A stretch of DNA of 64,000 nucleotides from Balanoglossus misakiensis (GCA_040954595.2 CM082584.2:6204110-6268109); one strand, 5' to 3'. Positions 38,254 through 52,150 are shown, numbered from the stretch's first letter. Numbers and translations are program-made. Notes: generated by a model not told the origin, from the sequence alone.

Positions 38254-40340
38254 TTAGCGGACTTGAAGATAGATGATAACTGTGTATACTGCGATCCCAA
38301 CGCCAATTGTTATGCAAGAGAGGGCGAGTGACACCGTCGTCATCCTGCTCGCCGCAATAGAACTTCCTCGTACACGGTACGAATATGCCTGGATAAAGAA
38401 ACCATAACGGATGCTTCATATATACATGACGTGTGAATGGGATTTAGGCGTCAGAATGTTGCAAAGGGTGTTTCGGAAGCAGCAGAGTGTACGTACAGAT
38501 AGCGTCACAAAGATAGGCGGTTGTTTCTTCCACTAAAGGGCTGCTTTTTTTCTTCTTGGTGAAGTATTTTTAAACACGTCAGTCAATGCAGTCTGCATAT
38601 GTGTATTATGTAAAAGCATCCTGTCCCGGTGCATTTGTGAAATTGAATAACGGCGAAGAAATATGTGCTAGCTGCGTCGATAGGCCAAATATGGTCACTA
38701 GCTCGCGCCTCTGAAACTAGATCACGTTAAAATTCGAGATAACTAAAAAAATTAGTCAGTTGCACTGCATAGTATCGCTTTAAAGGGATAAAACTGCTAT
38801 ACTTGACGTTCTCTTTCATTAAGAAGTACTTAATAAAAGGTCGGTTATAAAATCATACCAGGTTTACGTATAAAAAAATAATGATGTAATTTCTAACGTA
38901 TTCACAGGCTGTATCTGCAGTCGGACTGAAGGCAATGTAATCTGATAGTGGAATAAAAGGTACCTTTGAGTCGGTAGATTTAGTAGACAACTTCTTGAAT
39001 GGCGCAACCGTTTTATTTTACATGAGAAAATGTACTCTCTGTGACGGTTTCGATCGACAACGGGGTATGACGTTATACGAAGACTCAATACACCCTTTTC
39101 ATAAGTCTAAAGCCCTCATGTAGCAATCATTAATTTGAACTCAAAGCGAGGCCCATGGGGAAAATCCCTTTATGTGATTGGTCAACTTATCTCCATTGGC
39201 CTTGCTTTGAGTTCACATTCATGATGGCTGCGTGAGGGCGGTAGACTTATGAAAAGGGTGTATATGTACTCACATATCCTGATAATACAACAGCTATCAT
39301 TCCTATTGGCCAGAAACACAGTATACACGTGCACAAAGCCATGAACATGCCAACTTTGTCCTTCCGGCTGAGGTCGTCGTGTTCCGGTGTCGTCCTTCGC
39401 ACAACATTGCTCGTTGTTACCTTTCATTTTTTTGGCGGGGGGATAAAAAAAATACCGGAAAGCATTTGTAAGCACATTTACATGATGTGTCTCCTTACTT
39501 GCGGCCTTTGATACTGGGTTAATCAGCAGGGACATATGCTACTATTGTCGTTTTTCTTGTTTATGTTGGATAATATATATTAGTGGTTTGACCAAACGAG
39601 CTGAAATATCACAGAATTTTAAGAATTATTACACGGTAAATGTGTGTTGGTTTCAAATGGTTAGAGTTTTGTCGTGTTCCAAATGTAACAAAAGATGCTC
39701 CCTGTTCGCGTAACGTCATACGGTAAATTCAAACCAGCTGATTATGTGAACCATGTCTGTCTCGAAGTAGCTAGCTTTTCTGCGTTTCCCATATCCCTTT
39801 TATTAAATTTATAGGGGTGTAGGCGGCAGGACAGACACACGGATGACTAATAACACGCACACTGCTATAGAGCGAAAAAACAAACGCTGTCTGCTGAGTT
39901 GTAGGAGAAATATGCAAGAGGCAGATCGAATATGCGATCCACCCTCTAAGGCACAATTGTATGTAATCCTACCCCAGAAGAGGGCGGTCTACAACCGAAA
40001 TTACAAAAAATTACCAAAGTGTGAATATAATACAGTACATATAAAATAAAATACAATTGCATGTCTGTAAATCCGATTATCTTTCTATAATCGTTGTTTT
40101 ACTAATGAACACCGCGCTTAGTAAGACATTCACTTGTAAAACTTACGTATACTGACCCATCCGATGAAAAGTGGACCGTGGAATGTGTAGTTTGTGTAAA
40201 ACTTGCATTGTGTCCTGCCTCGGAGTCGTAATGGGGCCGCGCCAACTCTGTCTGCACAGGGGGAGTCAAGTTTGCAGCGCCACCAACGGCAACCGGGTAT
40301 GGCGGTGGCGGGTCGATAAGTAGGTCAGACTGCAATTGCG
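38254..40340 (-). CDS. CD225/dispanin family membrane protein 1 (5' exon unresolved)
   Basis: Exons 40340(or 40361)-40147 (Pro-rich, PPPPY), 39420-39274 (GMFMALCTCILCFWPIGMIAVVLS), 38388-38254 (AYSYRVRG...LALSCITIGVGIAVYTVII..*); phase-0 junctions. Confidence 0.8.
39089..39262. mobile_element. Hairpin MITE (~75-bp imperfect arms) beside a dispanin splice donor
   Basis: tacacccttttcataagtcta...tagacttatgaaaagggtgta. Confidence 0.8.
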
Positions 40341-41317
40341 CTGTAGGGGAAAGGTCACAACCTGTTGCCGTTATATGACAATCAATGTGTGATAGCGGTG
40401 TCCACTAAGATAGCTGTCTGTATTATCTGCGTCATAGATCCCGAATTTTGGCAAAGACTTGTACGTTGGTTTAATGGATGGTTCGTAAGGGCTTGCCCCT
40501 CCAGAAGTCTTTGATCTTTAAAAATTGCAATTAAAAAATCCGGCCAGGGCAGAAAATGCAATAGGAGGACACTACCATGGGTATCGGAGGGATTTTCCCT
40601 CCCACTTTATGATTTTTTTTTACATCTGGAGATCAAATAAGGACATTGATACATTAAAATTGATATAATGAAGACCAATACATGCAGGCATGTATTTAAT
40701 TATCCTGTAAAAAGTATTCATTTGAGTTCCTACCGAAACCTGTCTCCGTCACTTAACTATCTATTAGTATCTCTACATACTAATTTTAAACCCAATTAAA
40801 AAACCTCAAAAAGTTTGCAAAAAGTTGATTAATTATTCTATAAAGTTGAAGATTGTCACGGGCAATACATGGCAATAAATGTGTGTATTGAGTGTTATGC
40901 TATTACATTGTGCCCAAACGGTTTGTTGAGTAATGATTATGTTTGTGCAATGTAATCGCGTCTAAAGAGCGCGCCCCGAAAACTAAGGCAAATTACCCAT
41001 TATTTTGTTTATTTTCTTTATTTATTTTTCTGTCTTTTTAATCTGTGGTCTATGTATTATTCAAGGGTGTCCCATCGGAATCGTTTTATTCGCAAAATGT
41101 CATAGCCACAGCCCAGCCCCCCCCCCCCCCCGCGCGAATATCAATGGTCCACCCCTAAAGGTCACCTAGGTCACCTCATAGTGAGATTTCAGAGTCAGAT
41201 AAAATATATCGGAAACTGGGGCCTGCGTTGGAGAGAGGGGTAATATGGAACTTATCATTCCTCCATTATAGACGTGTTGAATTTGTTGTGGGTATGGGAG
41301 TAGTACTGGTGTTCCCT

Positions 41318-41375
41318 TAGCTCTGCGTGGCAGGGCTGGCTCGCCGTAACAACACAGCCCTGCCACGCAGAGCTA
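41318..41375. mobile_element. 58-bp TAG...CTA MITE with 9-bp TSD (AcademH-like)
   Basis: 21-bp TIR tagctctgcgtggcagggctg; TSD gtgttccct at 41309-41317 and 41376-41384. Confidence 0.85.
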
Positions 41376-43062
41376 GTGTTCCCTCTGCGTCATGAACTTA
41401 CATATTGGCTGTTGATAGTCCTCCCTGCATTTTGGTCGCCTAATTTGCAAGCACGCTGCGACCTGAGACCGACCCTGGCTGTGTAGCCACAACCCCGTTC
41501 GGTGGGCTTTAGCGGTTACTGGCGTTTCCCTCAGTCAAAGTCTTTAGCCAGATAATTTGAATTTTCATAAGGACATTTTTTTTTTAATTCGGTCAGCACA
41601 CTTCCGTGCGGTTTTCACGTGCCGTGTAAACATATACTAGCAGCGTGTGTGCGATCGCTTGGTTGTAAAAAGCCTATGTTGGGCGTGTAAGGGACATGAG
41701 ACGGTCCTTATATGTAGTTCAGAAAAAAAAGTGGCAGATAAAAAAGACCTACCTTTGTTTTCAATTTGAGTAGCCATTGTGTGACCTATACGATTGATAT
41801 TCCATAACTTCAAGGGGGTAAATCTTCCCTCAGAATGCAGTAAATAACAAAGGTCGATTGGCCACCGGTAACTACATGTACGCCAGGTGGCCTGGAGCAG
41901 GTATTGTCTGGCTACCGGTACCACGTCGACGATCGAAGACGTGTGCTGCTGGAATGTGCTCAACCAAAATGGTATCCGGGACAGAGTGAGGTGATTTGTC
42001 GCGCTGTGTCCTTGACAGATGCAAACTGCACGACGTATAGAAACGGCGTGGTCGCAAGGAGCGTTGGCAACCCGCCTAGTACGGTTGACTACACTTCGGG
42101 TCACTGTGACACTCTGAGGGGGTCGTTTCCAAATAATGATGCGAGTTACGCATGTTTACTTAACACTTACTCTGTGCATATAGCGCCAGTGTAAAGTCGG
42201 TCATTGTGTATAAAGATTAACAGACTAACTGTTTTCAAATATTTCGCTGTGCAGTGGGGCCTCAGATATCAGGACACACAAATTTCCCGCTGTTCCGATT
42301 ACCCGAACTACCCTAATTTTAACCCGCCGACCTTAAACTTTTTGGAGCTTCGTAAACCCTGAAGTAAAAATATCGATGTAAAATATTCAAAATTTAAGCA
42401 ACTTGCGCGAATCACGCGAGAACAATGACCCAATCGCCCACTGTAGATACTTTTGCCCATTTCGTTCCACACCCATCACAACTTATTTAATGCTAAATGT
42501 ACCGGTAACTACAATGGAACTCGTTTATATAGTCATGGAATGCGTATTCACACGCATGATTGCGAGTTTTTCGAGGACAAAATAAACATTTATAAATGCC
42601 CCATAAGATATGACGAGGTGTTTGGTTTAAATTTCCCTTCCAGGGATTGTTTTTTTTTTATCTCAAACAGGAGATTTGGGGACCAACGATGAGACAGCAG
42701 GACAATTCATGTTTTTTTAAATATCCTTTTATTGCCAAGAAACAACTATTTCCAGGAAGAGAACGAGAAATCATAAAGCAAATTCTTATCAGGTAATTTC
42801 TTTGTTAGTACCTAACCATGCGTTAATTATTGTTTTTGAAGCTTTCATTCATTGCTGCACCACTCTGACAAAATAGATGTGAAGAAATCCTCAAGCAACA
42901 CGACAAAATACAAAACAAGAAAGAAAAAACAGTGTTCATTACAATTCACAAATACTGTTGATTAACATTGATTTATATTTATTTATTTTCAGAAGACGTG
43001 TTCCACTTCCGGTTTACAGATCCATGTCTTTAACGTTACCCAGGTACAGGATTTGCGTTTTG

Positions 43063-45564
43063 TCAACCACCTGAAAATGATTAAACAACAGCAAGAATGG
43101 TTTAATTTCTTAGCACCTGTTCTGCACCGGTTTACATTCACTCACTGCAAACGTTTACACCATACCTCGCAAACCGTCGAAGTGTTTCAAAAGACAATAT
43201 TTCACATATTTTTTCATTCGGCCTTAGCGTAAAGGTCGAATATATACTTCAAGCTATGTGTCGTCATCACATGGGTTTCTTATTGATTGTTGGTACGTAT
43301 TTAATGAATTTTGACATGAAAAGATAGAGACAGTGTCCCTTTTAATAGTTGACTGTAAAACGAGATATACAAATAAATACCTCGCAAATCGGCAAAGTGT
43401 CCCATGTAAGACCATTGATACTTACCTAGACCAAAGACTTGTAACTCACAAAGGTAAGTTGTTCTGATGTCGTTGGGGTTCTCTTTGATGAAAGTTACAT
43501 ATCTGCCTATAATAGCGCCCCCTGTACACCACAATAAAATTTCACCATTTGGTACAGATACCTCAAGCTCTCTATATACGCAGACTTGTCCGGCGCCGTC
43601 CAATGCATTACCGACAATGATAACAATGTTCTGATTCCCGCCTTTGAAGAAAAGATATCCATTTTAGCTTTGCATAAATTCACATTGAAGCATAAAGTAT
43701 TACCCCTACGGACAAAGTTTGTCAATGATTACATAAGCAAATTAGAAGTCTCTCGAAAGTGTATTAATTACAGTCAAATAAAGCAAGGGGATGAACAAAT
43801 ATCCGTGAACTGATTATAAATATATGTATACCCCTACTGATATATCTCCTGGTCGCTTTACTAGGGGACCGTTCAGTTTTTACGGCCTGGGGGGTCACTT
43901 AAATTTTGAAGTCCAAAAGGGGGGGGTCATCTTTTTTTTGTGAACGTTTAGGGGGGTCGCACACTTTTGCCACCGAACTTTCTCATTTATATTTTAAGCG
44001 TATGACTTGCGCTGTACATAAGAAAGGCATCTACTTACAGCCTGACCGTGTAAAGCTCCCCGCGCAGTTTGGCGGAAACACAAGTTTGACACTTTCAATG
44101 CGATGTTGACTTCCCAAATCAATCTGAAGTGTTGGTCGATTGACAAAGTGACCAGCATCAGCACAGGTTTGCGGGTTACCATCGACTAGGTAAGGTAGTG
44201 TGTCCAGTGTGTCTGGTTCAAGCCTTATTCCCCTCACTGGTTTATTGAGAGCAACGTTGAAAGCAACATTGCTTTGCAGTACTAAATAGGTAAACAAAAC
44301 ATGCAGAGATGCACATGTTATTTATGGAAAGCGGTGATTTTCTTCCTATATTTTGATAATCGTAGAGATGTTAATACATACATACATACATACATACATA
44401 CATACATACATACATACATACATACATACATACATACATACATACATACATACATACATACATACATACATGCATACATGCATACATGCATGCATGCATG
44501 CATGCATGCATGCATAATAGTTTACTGTAAAACAAGATAAACAAATAAATACATCGCAAATCGGTAAAGTGTCCCAAGAGAGACCATTGATACTTACCTA
44601 GTCCAAAGACTTGTAACTCACAAAGGTAAGTTGTTCTCCTGATGCTTGGGCGATTTTTGATGAAAGTTACATATCTTCCTATAATAGCACCGTCTGTACA
44701 CCACAATGATAATTCACCATTTGGTACAAATACATCATTCTCCCTATTAACGCAGACTTGCCCGGCGCCGTCCAATTCATTACCGACAATGATAACAATG
44801 TCTGAATACACACCTTTGAAGAAAAGAACCATTTAAAGTTTGCATAAATTCAAACTTTTTTTATAAATTGACATCTAAAGTATTTACCTCTTCGTACAAA
44901 GTTTGTCAATAATTAAATCGACAAATTTGAAGTCATTTCAAAGTGTGAACAAATATCCATTCACTTATTATGGATAGATCTATATACATCCCTACTTATA
45001 TATCTCATGGTCACTTTACTAAAGACATATCTCGATAAGATGGATATCTGTGGCAAGCTTCCGTCATTCATTCAGCCATTAAGATCAAATTTTCACCTTT
45101 CTCGTTTATATTTTTAGCGTATGAAATGCATCGTACATAAAAAGGCATCAACTTACAGCCTATCCCTGTCATACTCTCTTCACAGTTTGGCGGAAACACA
45201 AGATTGACACCTTCAACTCGATGTTGACTTCCCAAATCAATCTGAAATGTTGGACGGTCAACATGGGGGCCAGAATCAGCACAGGTTTGCGGGTTACCAT
45301 CGACAAGGTAAGGTAGTGTGTCCAGTGTGTCTGGTTCAAGCCTTATTCCCCTAACAGTTTTATTGAAAGCAACATTGAAAGTAACATTGCTTTGAAGTAC
45401 TAAATAGGTAAACAAAACATGCAGAGATGCACATGTTATTTGTGGAATGCGGTGATTTTCGTCCTATATTTTGATAATCGTAGAGATGCCGTTAACATAA
45501 TATTTATTGCAACCAAATACATACATGCATGCATGCATACATACACATACATACATACATACAT

Positions 45565-45614
<50 letters not shown>

Positions 45615-48093
45615 ACATACATACATACATACATACATACATACATACATACATACATACATACATACATACATACATACATACATACATACATACATAC
45701 ATACATACATACATACATACATACATACATACATACATACATACATACATACATACATACATACATACATACATACATACATACATACACACACACACAT
45801 ACACACACACTTGGAATGTCATAAACACATCGGGCTGATTCCGTCATATTGTAAGGTAATGCATTCACAAACTTCAATTGGCATACATAGTTTGAATTTT
45901 TATTACTTAACATGTAAATTCTGAAAAATTGTCAAAGATCCATGTGGAACCGTGGGTAGATACAAATAAACAATATGTTGTTGTGTTATGGAAAGTTGTG
46001 AAGAATTCTGCATGGATTTGTTTGATTAACAGTGATAAGTCTAATGTACGACGACAAAATTGTACCAACACAGAGTTAAACTATGTAATTTAATTTTGGC
46101 TAAGTGAGTGTCATATCTCCACACGATAAACAGCATATCTTACCTGTACTCAACAATGGTGGTTCTGTTGGTGTCGGCGCTTCTGTCAAAGCCCCTGTGG
46201 GCGTCATTGTTGTTCTGGGTTTTTCTAGGTTTTGGGAAACACAACAACATTGTCTGTGTATTAACGTGATACCTGAAGCAACCAACATTTAACATTCATA
46301 TCTCCATAGTAAATAAGCTGTATGCTAGACTAAGTGCGATTAAAGGCACGTAAGCTGTAACTTTTGGGATAATTTTCATAATTTTTGTTTCAAACTGCAC
46401 TACCATTAGTCCATGCAGATGAAGGCAGTGAGCTATACATAAGCATTATAAACCCTAAATATGAGTGCATATGCAAGTTTTAACCAGATAAATAATAAAG
46501 CTTTGCCGCAAGCGATTATGGCCGCCACCGTGGGAAAATGCAAGAAACAATGAAAATGTTGCAGTTCAGGTTATGAAACTTCATAAACAAAACATGATCT
46601 CATCCACTTGAGCACATAGAAGTAAATGTACACCACTGAGACATCAGATTTTAATTTTTCATTGCGATATTGCACTTTTTTTAAAATTGCAGGAATTTTC
46701 GTTTTTCTTTGATTTTGGCCATTTTGTCATAAATAAATGTTGAGCTTGATATATTATCATGAAATATCATTTAATAGACATAATTAAAAGCATATATGAG
46801 ATTATTTAAAACTTCAAATTTTTATCCAGTTGCAGCTTACGTGCCTTTAATAGCATATCTTACCTGTACTCGACAGTGGTGGTTCTGTCAGAGCCTCTGG
46901 GGGCCCCGTTGTTGTTCTTGGTTGCTCTAAGCCTTCTGTGAAATGATAAAGACAACTGGAATCAATTTACATAAGAGAATATCCAGAATGTTCAAATCCC
47001 AAACTACATATCATGTATATTGTCGAATATATCTCTTTTAACATTCAAGATATAAAAAAACTGTAAAACATTTTATTTTCGCGAGTTAGATTTTTCGCGA
47101 TATCGAGAGAGGTCACTGTTTCGCGAGTTATAATTTTCGCGTTCTCTTATTTCATACACTGCATCGTTATCTTCGAAAACAATTTACGCGACTTTTTATT
47201 TTCACGCTATTTTGGCCTTCGCGTATTTGGCGAAAATTAAATGCTAGCGAAAATAAAGTGTTTTAACATTTAACATGCAAACATTAACAGATTTAACATG
47301 CAAACGTTTGAATGCGATACTTCACATTTGAAATTCAAAACGACCACATTATGGAGGAAAAAAATAAAGTATTGAGTTTTATGAAAACAAGACGGCGCGG
47401 AGGACGCCCTGATTACGTGTTTGATTTAAAAAAACAAACTCCATGCACACTTCAATGTAGCAAAGAATTAAAATGTTTGAAGGAATTTCCTTTTTTTTCT
47501 CTGAAAATATATCTCCCAGGTGCGTATTAATTTTAAAATGTTCAAGTAAATACCTCGGTTCATTGGAGACATAGTGGACATCGCACACTGGCTGCAAACT
47601 GAAACGATTTCAATAATACACTTTAAAAAGCAGAGATTGAATAAAGCATATTTGATTTTTTGGGCAAAGAATGTGACCATTTCATGTATACATTACAGCT
47701 ATTTCTAAATGATATTTTCGTGGTTCTGCTCATTTTAAAGATTTTTGAATCTCTTTCGTTTAGTGTACAAATTTGAAATTGTTTATAAACCACCAATAAT
47801 GTCGAATTTCCACAACGACGCAATGACTATTGTAGCGTACGGTTTTATTTCGATAAATTATTATACTTACATTTACAAATTAAACCATTCAGCAAAGCCA
47901 GCGATGCCAACGCACCAATCACTAACAATACAATGGCGACACGTCTTTTCCTTCCTTGAATTTCATGTGTTTCTCTGGTCTGTACGAGTAAATAAAGTGA
48001 GTGGGAGGGTGTGTGTGAGTCATTACTAAGTCAGTCAGTCTGCATATAGGTACTTACTCCAATATGTGTGCTCAACATTGGCATAACTGTCAT
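43063..48093 (-). CDS. Type II membrane protein with Thr/Pro stalk and two tandem F-type-lectin-like domains
   Basis: Firm exons 45399-45157, 44813-44598, 44281-44039, 43641-43426, 43070-43063 (NVA.NK, VDGN, IDLG, GRYV, LCELQV). Stalk exons 46935-46864 and 46224(or 46272)-46144. TM exon 47979-47871 (RKRRVAIVLLVIGALASLALL). Exon 47598-47554 and start exon 48093-48058 are tentative. Confidence 0.8.
44374..44514. repeat. (TACA)n/(TGCA)n microsatellite
   Basis: Direct reading. Confidence 0.95.
45517..45810. repeat. Compound (TACA)n/(CA)n microsatellite
   Basis: Direct reading. Confidence 0.97.
46340..46850. mobile_element. TTAA-flanked Kolobok-like MITE family 3
   Basis: ttaaaggcacgtaagctgtaac...gttgcagcttacgtgcctttaa. 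Confidence 0.82.
47060..47270. mobile_element. Degenerate MITE with internal ttttcgcg repeats
   Basis: ctgtaaaacattttattttcgc...gcgaaaataaagtgtttta inverted ends. Confidence 0.55.
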
Positions 48094-48515
48094 GAGTATT
48101 ATGAACGGCTAACTAGTTTTGCAGTCGAAAATGGTGGTGTTTTGCTGACTTTCTCTGTTGGCCGTTTTATGCCGACTTCAAAGTCCTATGAGCTTGTGCA
48201 ACTGACTCTTCTTGTTGTATTGACCTTGTGTTACAAACGCAACATTTTTTTCCTACTTACCAACATCGAGCTCGGCATTACCTCAGCCATTTGTGTCTAC
48301 TTATGTCGATGACCAAGAAGATATTACTTCATAGGATGATTGCAACGTTTATGGATAGTTGTGACTCCAGCCTTCTACCATGTTAGACTGATCTTCGCAT
48401 TGCTTTTATGTTTAAAGTGCAAGCTCCAGGGCTAGCGCACACAACAGTATAAAACCTGCAACTTATAGTATGCCTTGATACCCTTGTCTTGATGAAGACA
48501 TGCAATATAATTAAG

Positions 48516-48545
48516 CATAGACCCTAGAGGTCTCTAGGGTCTATG
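48516..48545. mobile_element. 30-bp CATAGAC...GTCTATG hairpin with 7-bp TSD (P-superfamily-like micro-element)
   Basis: aattaag|catagaccctagaggtctctagggtctatg|aattaag. Confidence 0.7.
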
Positions 48546-50256
48546 AATTAAGCAATACCCCCGCCGCGGGCAGGTATACACGAGTATCTAACTATCCTCA
48601 GAACCATCCAAGTAGCCCAAATATAGTCACTATCCATCCACCCATTCATGCATCCACGCTCACCCACCCACCGTACGAAAAGATGTCTTTTTGTTTCATA
48701 CACTCACTTCTGTATGGCGGTCACTCACCGCCATAATACTAACAACTTCTACGGGGTTCTGTAAGCTTAGCCCATTGGCTTTAAATCGATGGGACTAAGG
48801 GATTGTAAAATAACGCCAATGCCCGTGGTTGAAAGCTGCCTGATTGAGTCAACCGCACCCGAAACGGTCATCTCTCACAGAAGAGACAATGCACACATAT
48901 ATTCTTCCAATTTCAAGCTTCAGGTGGAAAGTACTTACCGTCATGGAAACGGCCGAAAGCATCATACCACGCCATCCCCGTTCGGGAATTGTTTTTTTAA
49001 GACACTGGCTTTAGCAAAGAAAATACACTTGTGAAAGCGCTGATGGAAATCGCTCAAGGAATGCCATTTGTGGGTTTCCGTTGTCAATGTCGGCTATAGA
49101 CCCTGCCGCTTAGACATGAAAGCGTTGATAAAATTTCCCATGGATTTACGTACACAATCAGTTGTGGAGTAAAGCCATTATTTCACAACTTCAACAAAAA
49201 GAGAAGTATACTATTACGTGATGATGTAAATAATTCTAGAGGCATTTACCTTCTTTTTGTATTAATTATCAAGACATTTCCCACACCTCTGAATTTTCGC
49301 TTACAAAAATGGTGCCAACTTAACAAAATAATTATTTCAGAAGCCAGGCCGGTTTTAGACGTGGCTATAGTACCATCAACAATATTTTCACACTTGACGC
49401 CATAGTAGCAATTTTGGGAAATATCTGACTGTGCGATAAGGAAGATTTTATTTTATTTTCAAAGACTTCTGATTCTGTCCAGCATGAATAATTGTAGGAT
49501 AAATTTATTAGATATGGCATTCATGGTAATTTTCTTTCTTTTCTCAGATCAATGTATAGTTCTTTACAATCTTGTGTGAATACTTCAGTCGAGTGTACCA
49601 CTGGAACACGACAATGATGTATGTTATTGTTAAGCACTTCATTGTTTACTTCATCCATTAATGATCGTGTTAATTATTCTAATTAGTTTGGTTGCGAAGG
49701 TGTTGAAATGTAGATGAGGAAGGCAAGAACCTCAATATTCTGATGTACACTGACGATATAGCTGAAGGATCGGATATGCCAATTCACATCTAGAGACAAA
49801 TTAAAAATGGTATTTGGGTAAAGGGCAAATTGAATTTGTTCCATATCACAAAAATTTAGGTTAAGTCTTCTCGTCCAAACCGAGTTGGAGCCCAACTGAG
49901 AAAAATCAAGCCTCGCAAAAATTATAGTCTATAAGGTGAAAAATGTTCTCCACAGGCGACTTGATACCGACGTGACTATGATGGCGCCCTCATGGGGTCA
50001 AAACCCACGTCGAGAATTACATAGTACTTCCGTCGCAGTGATATAAGGTTGGCGTGGCGCCAATTACAACCAAAAGAAGCCTGTTACACGATATCCATCG
50101 ACTTTTGTAAATGACGCAGTTCGCAAGATATGTAATAAATTACGTGGTGTACACTTTTGCTGTACCGTACCGCCTGTTTGTTAGGCATGCTGACGTAGGC
50201 AATTAAAAGTGCCCAATGTTTATTCCGCGATGATGCCATAGGCACAGTACGGAATG

Positions 50257-50643
50257 TAGTCTGGTTCCCTGCCCCAATCCCACCGCTGGCTGCGCTACGC
50301 TAAAGGGAAAGGGTCAGGCACGGCCTATTGTAAACATGGTTCTCATTGGTCAATACATACGAACATTAAGTTGTTAAGTTTAAAAGTTGTTGTAAGATAC
50401 TCATTTCCCGTTCTCTCCTTCACCTCCATGAATGTTTATTATTCGATTTCCAACATTACAACAAACGAAACAAAATAAACTGCCTGGATGAATCTTGACT
50501 GGCGTACGGACATTGGAGGCATCCATCTTGTGCATGATCACGTGGTCTTCCCAGGTTTCTGGGTGTGAAATCGGGCCGTACCTGACCCCTTTCCCTTTAG
50601 CGTAGCGCAGTCAGCGGTGGGATTGGGGCAGGGAACCAGACTA
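50257..50643. mobile_element. TAG...CTA MITE with ~70-bp TIRs and 9-bp TSD (AcademH-like)
   Basis: tagtctggttccctgccccaatcc...ggattggggcagggaaccagacta; TSD tacggaatg at 50248-50256 and 50644-50652. Confidence 0.9.
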
Positions 50644-50687
50644 TACGGAATGCTCTCCAAACTGTTCAGTTGACTCGTTCTCGGCTC

Positions 50688-51969
50688 TCACGCAAATGCT
50701 TCCACAAGAGCAAACACAACGACGATCTGTACAAGTATTCCGACGAGAAACGCCACCCTTGCTACCTTCCAAGCTGTCTGACTGGCCCATATAGCCCTCG
50801 CTCTGTGACCACGTAAAGCCGCCCTTCGACACTAGAAAACGGAACATGGCAGAAAGAAACAAAGGTATTATTTAAACTGGTAAATACAGTGGCGTTAGTC
50901 GTAGGATATAAACATTTAGCCATAATAGTAAAATTTCGGTAGATTAATGCTTTAATACATTCCCTTCGCGACAGCAAAATTTTAGCGATAGATGTACAGA
51001 TTTCAAATAAGCTTCAAAGTCTAGTCACAGCTGTGCTGCTTCTGATACACTGGCCCGACGTTTGATAGGTTGACTGGCAGACTGTCATAATTTTAGATCC
51101 GTCGTGTATTCGACTACGAATTGGTCAATAGTGGATTTGTGAATTGATGTGATCGTCGCCACATGTCGTAAGTCGCTCGTGCACACAGCGCCCTCTGTCG
51201 CTGAGAAGAGAAGTCACCAATCTGCACTGTTTGTACTGAGGGTACGTGTAGATGTTTTCTCTTTATTCCTTTTTTTTCGCGCCGTTCTGATAGGAGTTCG
51301 AAACGTTACCTGCATTGACTGGTGAATGGCGAACGCCCCCAAAATCGGACAGCAAAGCACAGTGACGAATATGGAACAGCCTAGGTAGTCTGGCGGCGGT
51401 TGTGTCATCGGCGGTCGTCGGCTCGTCTTCGTGACTTTGGTGATCTGTCAACAGCGAGTTGTACGTTGTAAGCATAAACGCAATTTCATTACAATGCGGG
51501 AACTGGTGCAAATTCCAACCACGTATTACCAATAGCCCCCCCCCCCCCCACCTTTAAAAAATACGAAATCCCTCATTAACGTGAATCATGCTTGACTTAC
51601 GGCAGAAATGTCGGACGATTTCAACTCCTCAAATTTTGCAACTGTCTCCGGCGTGTCGAGATTATTCTGCGATATGTCGCCGTTGGTGGCGGTAGCACTT
51701 TCACCAAGGTGTACAAAGCCGACGTTGACATGGGCAGAGTTTTCTGCCGGTATGACGAGAACGGGAAAGACATCGTCATCGGTTTCTGTCGCTGGGGGGT
51801 TATCGGGGCGGACCGTGACGTCATCCTGCAGTTTCTGGTATTGCACACAAACAGCAGTGTCTTCGGGTATCGCGTCGTCGTTGCTTCCAGCCTCCGATTT
51901 CTGTCCTTCAGCGTCTGTGTCTTCATCCTCAAATTTCTTGTACTTGTTTGCGCTTGTTATTGACGACAT
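50688..51969 (-). CDS. CD225/dispanin family (PRRT/TMEM233-like) protein 2, ~215 aa
   Basis: Exons 51969-51601 (acidic N-terminus), 51444-51310 (PPPDYLGCSIFVTVLCCPILGAFAIHQS), 50831-50688 (CRRAALRG...ARVAFLVGILVQIVVVFALV..*); phase 0. Confidence 0.9.
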
Positions 51970-52150
51970 TTTGCGGTGGAGTGCTAGTAACCGTCATAGA
52001 AATGTGGCGTCTCCCGTGTCAGATTCTCTGATGATTATTTCTCACGCGGTATTCACACGTACTTCAAACCCTTTCAGCTGAAATAATAAGAAATACAGCG
52101 GATAAAAGAGTGTTTTTCGTGCAGGTTCTTGAAGATCTGTAGCCAACTCT

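Noticed and set aside
41402-41430. Candidate start exon for dispanin 1 (MQGGLSTAN)
   Set aside because: Ends in phase 2 while the next exon needs phase 1; left unresolved.
41637-42194. Overlapping GC-richer ORFs on both strands
   Set aside because: No recognisable domain or consistent splice sites.
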